Position numbers and translations under genes: made by a program
Assembly (NCBI GenBank): GCA_951406725.2
Contig: OX597814.1
Coordinates: 8,680,001 to 8,744,000, forward strand
DNA: 64,000 nt
Direction of reading: 5' to 3'
From: Octopus vulgaris
Taxonomy: Eukaryota
In this document: piece after piece, positions 53,782 to 64,000 of the stretch
Numbering within the stretch: the stretch's first letter is position 1
How the letters are laid out: each line of letters starts with the position of its first letter
The notes under the pieces: model-generated
Told to the model about the DNA's origin: nothing
What the model saw: the letters and a program-made list of their open reading frames with translations, nothing else
The model's database searches: none

Positions 53782-54388
53782 CATCAAAAGCATACAAAAA
53801 TATTATATAAATCAATAGATAAGATAGTAATACAAATACAGATTTTAAAAGTCATATTATAAATTATTGAAATCCATAAACTACTTTTTACAGCTGTTTC
53901 AGCCTATGGTCAAAAGTGAATCTAATTTTCATTGCCTATAGATGTCAACATATTAGGGTTGTAGGCATTAAAAAAAAATTAATACTTATATGTCAAAAGA
54001 ACCATAGGCCTCGTCAGAGGTTATAATTAACTTTAAAAATATAATAATAATATTAAAATACTTGTTTTGTTTATTTGTATATATTAAGTAATACGTGCAG
54101 CATGTTTAGTATATGAAATATTATTATTATATTTTTAAAGTTAATTATAACCTCTGACGAGGCCTATGGTTCTTTTGACATATAAGTATTAATTTTTTTT
54201 TAATGCCTACAACCCTAATATGTTGACATCTATAGGCAATGAAAATTAGATTCACTTTTGACCATAGGCTGAAACAGCTGTAAGAAGTAGTTTATGGATT
54301 TCAATAATTTATAATATGACTTTTAAAATCTGTATTTGTATTACTATCTTATCTATTGATTTATATAATATTTTGTATACTTTTGATG
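53782..54388. repeat. Near-perfect palindrome (~270-bp arms, ~60-bp spacer) carrying hammerhead-like motifs; Penelope pLTR-derived
   Basis: 53782-54054 is the reverse complement of 54117-54388 with very few differences; CTGACGA-GGCCTATGGT...ACCATAGGCT-GAAA-CAGCTG-TA at 54154-54282. Confidence 0.9.
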
Positions 54389-54389
54389 G

Positions 54390-56410
54390 GTTGTATTTGC
54401 ATGTTTGTGTGTATATCACACAAACGCATGTTTGTGTGAGTGTGTCTTGTAATTATCGAGGCAGTGTGTAGGTGTGTGCATGTACATGTTTATATATGTG
54501 TGTGTGTGTGAGAGTGTTGGTTGTGATTGCTAGAATCATATTGCATATCTATATGTGTATGTGTTTTTTCTTGGAATGTGTAAGTTTGTGCTCAAGCATA
54601 TGTTTGAGCATGTGTTTGTGTATGTTTGTGTGGGTAGTTTGCATTGTATTTGTGTGTGTTTGTTGTGGATGTGTACCTGGGGGGTATGTTTGAATATGTT
54701 GAGTTGTGGTCTGTATATTTACCTTATTTATTCGTATTTTGTCAGTGGTGTTATCTGGGCAATGGTACAGTGGTAAAACTAGGAATTTGGGTGACTTGTT
54801 TTGTGCACAGAGACCTAAGTGGTATCTGTCTTGTGGTGGGGCCCCTCAACTGTTCGCAGTAGACTGTCATCCTATCTCTGAGGGTAAGACTAGTCTGCCC
54901 TAACTCTGGACTCTACAGGCTCCTCAAAATCCACAAGAGCAAAATAATTACTGAAGCTTGCAAAAATTCCATCTCAACCTGCATCACTGTATTACACACC
55001 ACTGATCTCAAACTGAGACCAATTGTGGCAGGTCCAAACTGTGAAACACACAGATTAAGAAACATCATTGATTTACTCTTAAAACAAATACTTAAACACA
55101 TACCAAGTATTGTAAGAGATGACCTGAACCTCCTTAAGTTTATCCTCCAAAACAACTTTTTAAATTTCAATAACACCTTCAAGCAGGTATCAGGGACTGC
55201 AATGGGTACTAAAGTTGCCCCAACTTATACCAATCTGGTGATGGCCTACCATTAGTTACAAATCTATGAACAATCCAAATCAAAATATGGCCCGTATTTT
55301 TACAAATACCTGTTGGAGAACTGGAAACGCTACTTGGATGACTGCCTCATCCTATGGTCTCAAACATTCGATCAGCCCAATGAATTAAAAAATTTAATCA
55401 ACAGTGTCAACAACCATATCCAATTTACAATGGAATGTGGTCAAGACCAACTTCCATTTCTAGACATTCTTATTATAAAAACAGGCACCAACATTGAAAC
55501 CGATATCCACTACAAGCCTACTGATTTAAAAAAATACCTCCTGTTCACCTCCAATCACCCAAACCACACAAAGATAAACATCCCCTTCAATCAAGCGAGA
55601 AGAATTTGTACAACTGTCTCAAATTATAGAATGCAAAATAAAAGACTGCAAGAACTAAGGGTAATTCTTCTCAAAAGACAGTACCAAATGGAATAGAGTG
55701 GGCCAAGACAATCGATATCCAAGACTTACGAAAGCCGAAACACACTCAAGGTACATTAAATAGTCTTCCATATCCCTCAACACACAATCCAAGAAATACA
55801 GAAGCTTACACGATTATATACAAGAACAACCCACTACTGAGTTGAGATCCACGTCTAAAAAATACTAGAAACTCATAAAATAATAAAAAGCAAGAGAACC
55901 CAAATCCCTAAAAAACTCACACACCAATGCAAAATTACCCAACACCCACCATCTAAAAATGTGGTCGCTCTAACTGCCTGACTTGCATTCACTTCATTGA
56001 AGGAACAATATACAAATTCCAGGCAGGACGCACTTGTGTCATAAAAAATAACTTCAAACGCACATCAAAAAATTTACTTTATGCCATTAGGTGTGAAGGG
56101 TGTCACAAAGACAACATAGGCAGACTGGTCTTACACTGAGAGATAGGATGAGAGTCCACTGCCAACAATTGAGGGTCCCCACCACAAGACAGACACCACT
56201 TAAATCTATGTGCAAAAAACAAGTCACCCAAATTCCTAGTTTCCCTACTGAACAGCACCACTGACAAAACATGAATAAATAAGGAAAATATACTTATTCA
56301 AAAATACAGACTACAACTGAATATATTCGAACATACCCCCAGGTACACATCTACAACAAAAACACACAGAAACACAAACACAAATACAATGCAAACCTCC
56401 CCCACACATG
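54390..56410 (+). mobile_element. Decayed Penelope-like element (RT and GIY-YIG remnant) with inverted 3' copy upstream
   Basis: LRPIVAGP, GTAMGTKVAP, WKRYLDD, LPFLD, YKPTD, LYAIRC; ~54650-54900 is an inverted copy of ~56118-56400. Confidence 0.85.
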
Positions 56411-57240
56411 CACAAAAAGTGCTGTCTTAAATTTCTGATTTACATAAGTATTTTATTTCCTTATCTGTGAAGAAGTCTGGGTATTGGTCAATTAATGTTC
56501 TGTCTTTCTTATAGTAGTTTTGGTTGGTTAGATATTCCAATATTTTGTCTTTGTAATCGTCCCTCTCTATAATCACTATCACCCCATCCTTATTGGCATC
56601 TTCGAGGATGATTCAATTGGCATTCTTCAGTTAGTGTTAGTGAAGCTTTCTTTGCTTCTTAACAAATGTTCTGTTTGCATTTACAGGCTCTGAGAGTGAA
56701 TTTGGAAATTTGCGTCTATATATGTATATAAATGTTTGTCACTCCCCAACCCTGTAAGGGGTGAAGTAAGATTTATTTCTAAATGCTGACTCATCATTTA
56801 TATTCTTAATGGGGACGAAATTTGCACCCTCATATGCTAACCTCATTATGGATTTCTTACAAGGAAAACTATACAAGTAAGTAGAAAAGGCGTTTGACCA
56901 AAATTTCAAGAAAGATACCTTTGAAACATGGAGCCCCTTCCTCGATGACTGCTTCATTTTTAGGATAGATCAAATAATGATCTATGAATATTTAATAACA
57001 TCCTCAACATTCTTCAGCCATCTATCAAATTCAAAACAGAAACCAACTATAATGACTTACCAATCCCAGTTATTCACATAAAAATATGCAACTCCACAGT
57101 AACAACATATATTTTAGAACGGAAAAAGAATCAGTCACACATTAATGCTTGAACTTCTACTTTTGTTGTCCTTCACACATCAAATGGAACATGCCATACA
57201 GTTTGGCAGGACATATCTGTACAATGGTTGTTTACGAAAA
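56410..57240. mobile_element. Further Penelope-like RT fragments in both orientations
   Basis: Plus-strand MGTKFAPSYANL and FLDDCFI; minus-strand N-terminal-like piece at ~56420-56700. Confidence 0.55.
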
Positions 57241-57602
57241 ATTCTCACCAAAGCTAAATGCTTGAAAGAGAAGCAGAGACAATATGCATGCAACACTCTT
57301 TGAAATTCAACAAGTTATGACCACTGCTTTACATAATTAACTCATACAAGTTCTGCACCAAACTAACTTCCCCAGAAAATAAGGTTAGACAGAAATAATC
57401 AAACAGGAGTACTTGAATACTCAAGATTGACACTCTCCATACATATTATTTTCTATGGAATCAATGAACATTGGAGCAAGTGTATGCTTTCATTTGAAAT
57501 TGGACCTTTTGGATTTCATTCCTATTTGAAAGTAATTATGTTACTATAACCTTGGTCTGACCAAAGCCCTGTGAGTGGATTTGGTAGACAGAAACTGAAA
57601 CC

Positions 57603-59230
57603 TCTCGTGGATCAGGTGACGAAATTTGCAGAGAGAGTCATAGCCCAACTAATCTGGGAGATAATCTAGATGAGATGCAGTTTGGATTTGTGCCAGGGAG
57701 AAGCACCACTGATGCTATATTTCTGGTAAGACAGCTGCTGGAGAAATTCCTATCAAAGATAAGCCCCTGTACCTGGCTTTTGTTGACTTGGAGAAAGTCT
57801 TTGAGAGAGTGCCCAATCCCTTATCTGGTGGTCAACATAGCAACTAGGAATAGACAAGTGGTTGGTGAGAGCTGTACGAGCCTTGTACAGGGATGCTACC
57901 AGTAAGGTGAGGTTGGGCAACGAGTAGAGCGAAGAATTCAGGATGCAAGTAGGGGTTCACCAAGGATCGGTGCTCATTCCTCTCTTGTTCATCATAGTTC
58001 CCCAGGCAATAACAAAGGAATTCAAGACAAGCTGCCCCTGGGAGCTCCTCTATGCTGATGACCTTGCTGTTATAGCTGAATCACTACCTGCACTAGAGAG
58101 GAAGGTCCCCCCGGTATGGAAGCAAGGTCTAGAATCAAAGAGCCTTAGAGTTAACCTAGCAAAAAGCAAAGTCATAGTAAATAGGAAGGCAGACAAATCA
58201 CAAATCCCTTCAGGTAGATGTCCCTGCTCAGTCTGTAGAAAAGGTGTAGGTAGAAACTTCACAAGATGCACCCAGTGCAAGCTTTGGATACACAAAAGGT
58301 GCAGCAACATCAAAGGAATGTTAACAGAGAAACTATCCTTTGTATGTAGGAGTTTTACAGGCGTAATAAATGCTGAATATGTGTGGAAAATAGACTTCGT
58401 CGACTGCCAGGTAGTCAACAGAAAGAGGTAGTAGATAGCTTCTGGTATCTAGGTAACCAGGTCAGTAGTGGAGGTGGTTGTTCCAAGAGCATTGCTGTGA
58501 GAATAAGATTAGTTTGGGCAAAGTTCAGAGAGCTGGAACCCCTGCTGGCAACAAAGGGCTTCTCTCTCAGAGTGAAAGGCAGATTGTTTGCTGCCTGTGT
58601 GTGAATATCAATGCAGCATGGCAGTGAAACATGGGCTATAACAGCTGAGGACATGTGTAGGCTTGAGAGAAATGAAGCCAGTGTGATTTTCGAAACTTGA
58701 ACTTCACAGAAGCAATGACTATAGACCAAGACCTTTGACGATGTGCACTGCTTAAGAGGACTCAAGTCAAGTGCACCCATACTGGTGGCACAAAAGAAAA
58801 TCAACCTTGAATATTGGGCCTCACAGAGACAAAGTGGTTGAGTTCCTTTCGAGTGTTGGGCCTCACAGAATCAAGTTGGCTGAGTTCCTTTTGAGCATTG
58901 GTCCCATGGCGGCAAAGTGGCTGAGTTACTTTCGAGTTTTGGGCTTCACGGAGGCAATGACCAAGACCTCTGACATTACGTCATTCTTGAGAAGACCCAT
59001 CAAACGGAGCACAATCACAGTCATGGCAGATACTGGTGTCATGCAAATGGCACCTGTGCCAGCAGCACGTAAAAGCACCCATTACACTCTTGGAGTGGTT
59101 GGCATTAGAAAGGGCATCCAGCCATAGAGAACCATGCCAAATCAGACTGGATCCTGACGCAACCTTCCAGCGTGTCACCTCCTCTAAAATCGCCCAACCC
59201 ATGCCAGCATGGACAACAGACGTTAAATGA
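57603..59230 (+). mobile_element. 5'-truncated, more diverged RTE-clade LINE copy 4
   Basis: QFGFVPGRSTTD, HQGS, LYADDL, PHD-like CSVC..CTQC..HKRC, DSFWYLG; 3' UTR fragment. Confidence 0.85.
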
Positions 59231-60396
59231 TAAAGATATATATATATATATATATGCATGTGTTTGTTCCCACTACTACTTGATAACTGGTGTTGGTGTG
59301 TTTATGTCCATGTAACTTAGTGGTTCAGCAAGAGAGACTGATAGAATAAGTACCATACTTTAAAACAATAAGTACTAAGATCACTTGAGTGCTACTGGTA
59401 CCATGTAGTCCAGTACAACCTGTTACATGGTCGGGTCTTCGGCTACTAAACTGGCAACCCCACCAAGCTTGCTTGGTGAGGCGGGTGTTTGTTGGACACC
59501 CTGCAGGACAAAACATAAGACCTGTCAAAGAACTACAGCGTAGTCAATGGCCATCCAACAACGTGTGTGTGGAGTGCTTTGTGTATGTGTGTCTGTGTGT
59601 GTGTGTATTGTATGTGTTGCATTTTTTTAAAAAACATTTTAAACTCTGTATATGGTGTATATATTGCATTTTAAACTCTGTGTGTGTATATAAAATGTAC
59701 ATATTTTATTGTCACTGCCCCTTGTCTCAGCCGAGGCATTGTATCCCAGAAGAAGCGGAAGAACCATTTGGTCAACGGCTCAAATGGAATTTCGTGATCA
59801 TTAGGACCCCGGTTTGGTTAATGACCAAGCAAAGGCGTATGAACTAGTCTACTTGTCATCGTCTATCAATGGGTGTGACTCCCTGATCTCACTTTGCTGC
59901 CTTGTAGATAGACTTTTTAGTCAAAGGCTCCAGGTGGGGGTCTCCTTAGCTAACCCCCTACTCCGGCCTAGGCAACCAGGTAGTATATGCCTACTGAAAA
60001 CCATGGATCCTTTTCTCTCTTTCACCTTGGTTTGGATGGCACAGGCAGGAGGGGCTCGTCAGCCATGGTTGGCAACCCTCCTAGGAGAGGATAACTCTGA
60101 CTTCAAACCTATGGCCTGAGGATCTCGCTGTCACTGTCCCAGCTCGCTAGGCCATGGTAGATGAACCTCGTGCTTAAAGGGTGGGGCCAGTCTGCACATA
60201 CTGCACTTCACCTTAAAACTCCCTAGCGTAGGCCAAAGGACACTAAGATTGATTCACTTGACTAAAAATTCTTCAAGGCAGTGCTGCTCCAGCATGGACA
60301 GAGAGTAGCGATGAAACAAACTGAAGATATTTGAATATTGTAATTCTTATTTCTATACCAAATAATTTGAACAGAATTAAAATGGTAAATTCTTAC

Positions 60397-60645
60397 CTGT
60401 ACTGATGGCAGGAATTGCAATTGATGTATAAGACTTTTCTTCAAGATCTGCCAAACAATTTCGAACAGCTCTTGAAAGGTAATCCATTTCCTGATCCCTT
60501 CCATTATTCCAAACGGGTCCAACAGCATGAATGATAGTCTTGCATTTGAGTTTACCAGCTTTAGTTGACACTACTTCTCCAGTTTTCAGTTCACTCTTTC
60601 TTTGTTTCATAATTTCATTGGATTCAGTTTGAATTTCAAACCCAC
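60397..60645 (-). CDS. Macro-PARP-like gene exon: macrodomain 1 core; gene begins right of the window
   Basis: ttgcag|GT...ACAG|gtaaga, 249 nt, phase 1-1; GGFEIQTES..TGEVVSTKAGKLKCKTIIHAVGP.W..SIAIPAISTG. Confidence 0.9.
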
Positions 60646-61882
60646 CTGCAAAGATATTTGCCTTCTTATGTTCCTGTTTAATACATGTTAATATATATCA
60701 ATAATATTAATATGCCACACCTGACACGTGTGTCACGCTTAAGAGAAAGAAATTGTTGAAAGAAGTTTTGTTGCTTAGATAAAAATTTTTAAGTAGGTCT
60801 CTTGTAATTTCTGGGAGAGATTTGAAACCACCACCTATGTGTTGTATTACTACTTCGCAATACCCATGTCTTCTGGGCTACAGAAGCAACAACGCTCTTA
60901 ATGAGAAAATTAAGATACTTAAATTTAATACTGGGTGTCACATAGGGGAGAGAGGAAGTGAGAGAGAAAGAGAGTGAAAAAGAGAGAGGGGAGAGAGAGA
61001 GATGACAGCATGAAGTTGTCTTTACAGAGTGGCTAATTATTTGAATTCCTTTCTACGATTAAACTGAAATTGACCCCTGTCTATTAAACACCCAAGCTCA
61101 TGCACACACATTTCTTTTAGGTCTTCTACCCATTTGAATTCGGCCATACACCAGATGACATGGTAAGTCTTATGTTCCAAGATTTAAATTTTGAATTTGT
61201 TTTAACCATAAAATTACACCTCAGCTAAAAAACATCTTTTGACTTTCACATACAAACTTTTCTTTCTCTTTCTATATTTTTTGTTAAGTTAGAATTTCTC
61301 TGTTTTAATCAGAATGTTTCTAATTTTTTTTTTTTTTGCTATCAAGTATGAGAGAGATTTGGCTGTTATTTCTAGCAAATTGAACAACCACACAGTTATT
61401 CAATTGGTTCATTTGTTGATGTATATAAGTAAACAAAAACTAAAATACACACACACACACACACATATCAATGTAAGTGTGTATCTGTGTGTGTGCGATA
61501 ATAAGTGTCGCGTGGTGGAAATAAACACAACTTTCTCTTCCTATATTTCTTGTTAAGTTAGAATTTCTCAGTTTTGGTCAGGATTTCGGAATTTTTTTTT
61601 CTTGTATCAAGCAATTGGCAAAAGCATTTTTAAAATAATTGAATTCATGGAGCCAAACAAAATCAAAAATTTTCATTCTATTTTTTCCCTTTACTTTTTA
61701 CTTTCCTACAATATAATTAATTACCGTATCCTAGGGAACGTATCCCTGCTTATTAGGCGAGTATTTCAGAAATATTTTCACCTTTTAAACAAAAACTGTC
61801 TAATACATTTAGATATGATTTTCAATTGAAACACTCAGAATCATTTTGGACATTCATTATTTTTTAAAAAAGTTTTAAAATA

Positions 61883-64000
61883 TGGATAATCACATGACGG
61901 ACACAGCACGAGAGCATTGGTGTAGAAGGGAAGAATGATTGCATGAGGGGCAGCAGGAGGAAATAAGGAATAAAATGACATGATGATGAGACAGAACAGA
62001 AACACAATAATTCAAGAGGAGAGGGAGTGTGTCCTACAGAATAGAAGGAAAGATATCAGCAAAGAAGAGAATAAATGAGCCAGGACCGAAGAGAAGTATA
62101 TTTTGAAAAAACGAGAGATAGAGATCAAAGGAATCGAGGACACGTGAGTGAAGAGCAAAGGCAGCTGTACTTAGAAAATATGAGAAAGAGAGTTCACGAC
62201 GGATGGGAAAAGATGAACGAAGATGAAAGGCAGAATTACATTCCACATATGAGAAACAGAGTTCAAGAAAGAAGGGAAAATATGGACGAAGTTGAAAGAC
62301 AGAATTACCTTCCAAATATGAGAAACAGAGTTCAAGAAAGAAGGGAAAATATGGACGGAGATTAAAGGCAGAATTACCTTCCAGATATGAAAAACAGAGT
62401 TCAAGAAAGAAGGGAAAATATGGACGAAGATGAAAGGCAGAATTACCTTCCACATATGAGAAACAGAGATCAAGAAAAAAGGGAAAATATGGACGAAGAT
62501 GAAAGGCAGAATTACATTCCACATATGAGAAACAGAGATCAAGAAAGAAGGGAAAATATGGACGGAGATTAAAGGCAGAATTACCTTCCAAATATGAAAA
62601 ACAGATCTCAAGAAAAAAGGGAAAATATGGACAAAGAGGAAACGCAGAATTACATTCCACATATGAGAAACAGAGATCAAGAAAAAAGGGAAAACATGGA
62701 CGGAGATTAAAGGCAGAATTACCTTCCACATATGAAAAACAGAGTTTAAGAAAAAAGGGAAAATATGGACAAAGAGGAAACGCAGAATTACCTTCCACAT
62801 ATGAGAAACAGAGCTCAAGAAAGAAGGGAAAATATGGACGGAGATTAAAGGCAGAATTACCTTCCAAATATAAAAAACAGAGTTCAAGAAAAAAGGGAAA
62901 ATATGGACGAAGATGAAAGGCAGAATTACATTCCACATATGAGAAACAGAGATCAAGAAAAAAGGGAAAATATGGACGAAGATGAAAGGCAGAATTCCCT
63001 TCCATATATGAAAAACAGAGTTCAAGATAAAAGGGAAAATATGGACGAAGATGAAAGGCAGAATTACATTCCACATATGAGAAACAGAGATCAAGAAAAA
63101 AGGGAAAATATGGACGAAGATGAAAGGCAGAATTACCTTCCAGATAGGAGAGTTTAAGACAGAAGGGAAGATATGGACGGAGATCAAAGGCAGAATTACC
63201 TTCCAGATATGAGAAACAGAATTTAAGACAGAAGGGAAAATATGGACGAAGATGAAAGGCAGATTTATCTTCCAGATAGGAGAGTTTAAGACAGAAGGGA
63301 AGATATGGACGGAGATCAAAGGCAGAATTACCTTCCAGATATGAGAAACAGAGTTTAAGACAGAAGGGAAAATATGGACGAAGATGAAAGGCAGATTTAT
63401 CTTCCAGATAGGAGAGTTTAAGACAGAAGGGAAGATATGGACGGAGATCAAAGGCAGAATTACCTTCCAGATATGAGAAACAGAGTTTAAGACAGAAGGG
63501 AAAATATGGACGAAGATGAAAGGCAGATTTATCTTCCAGATATGAGAAACAGAGTTCAAGAAAGAAGAGAAAACATGGACGGAGATTAAAGGCAGAATTA
63601 CCTTCCAAATATGAAAAATAGAGTTCAAGAAAAAAGGGAAAATATGGACAAACATGAAAGGCAGAATTACCTTCCAGATTTGAAAAACAGAGTTTAAGAA
63701 AGAAGGCAAAATATTGACGAAGATGTAAAGCGGATATATTTTATGACAGACAAAGCTGAAATAAGAAGATAGACTATATAGTAAAAGAACAACAAAATTC
63801 TCAATTATGATTGATGAGATGAATGTAGCATGCCCCATGTAGTATGCACATATATTTCCGCGCAAAGCATTCAACTGCTGCCATAAAGGCAAGGTTTCCT
63901 TGCCGAATCTACAAGAATACCCTGACGAGTTAAAACAAATTTTGAAGGAATGAACTTCAGACAGAAAATCAGAACCTATAACTCAATGTATTCAAGTGTC
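61883..64000 (+). mobile_element. 5' coding part of a decayed Helitron Rep/helicase gene; possible TC terminus at ~60698
   Basis: After the repeat array: CPM..NCCHKGKVSLP..FRQKIRTYNS, the usual Helitron N-terminal motif; contains stops. Confidence 0.7.
62143..63730 (+). repeat. 69-bp (23-codon) minisatellite, about 22 units, with 63+69 bp higher-order blocks
   Basis: Unit ATGGACGAAGATGAAAGGCAGAATTACCTTCCACATATGAGAAACAGAGTTCAAGAAAGAAGGGAAAAT = MDEDERQNYLPHMRNRVQERREN. Confidence 0.95.

Noticed and set aside
62143-63730. Possible CRISPR-like array
   Set aside because: Units are contiguous with no unique spacers, there are no cas genes, and the context is eukaryotic.
62034-63892. Long minus-strand ORFs of 524 and 573 aa
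   Set aside because: They are antisense readings of a purine-rich, codon-phased tandem repeat that lacks stops in those frames; the Helitron motif is on the plus strand.

Overview
AT-rich, microsatellite-dense eukaryotic DNA. The repeat landscape (CORE-type tRNA SINE, RTE, Dong/R4, Tx1 and Penelope retroelements) suggests a coleoid cephalopod such as Octopus; this is an inference. The window lies inside one minus-strand multi-macrodomain gene (PARP14/PARP9/PARP15-like). Six clear exons and one tandem-duplicated candidate exon join in frame with canonical GT-AG sites. The 8-20 kb introns are filled with decayed elements: TAA-targeting Dong/R4 LINE arrays, two Tx1/L1-like LINEs, four RTE LINEs with a PHD-type zinc finger inside the RT, Penelope remnants with hammerhead motifs and fold-backs, two Tc1/mariner remnants, two Helitrons and one young 4.2-kb Gypsy element. 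Most notable: the Gypsy primer-binding site is not complementary to a tRNA 3' end but matches the first 12 nt of tRNA-Phe. Also notable: a ~3.4-kb inverted RTE pair encloses the macrodomain-2 exons, and several hammerhead-bearing fold-back cassettes recur. All alignments were done by eye, and boundaries of decayed elements are approximate.
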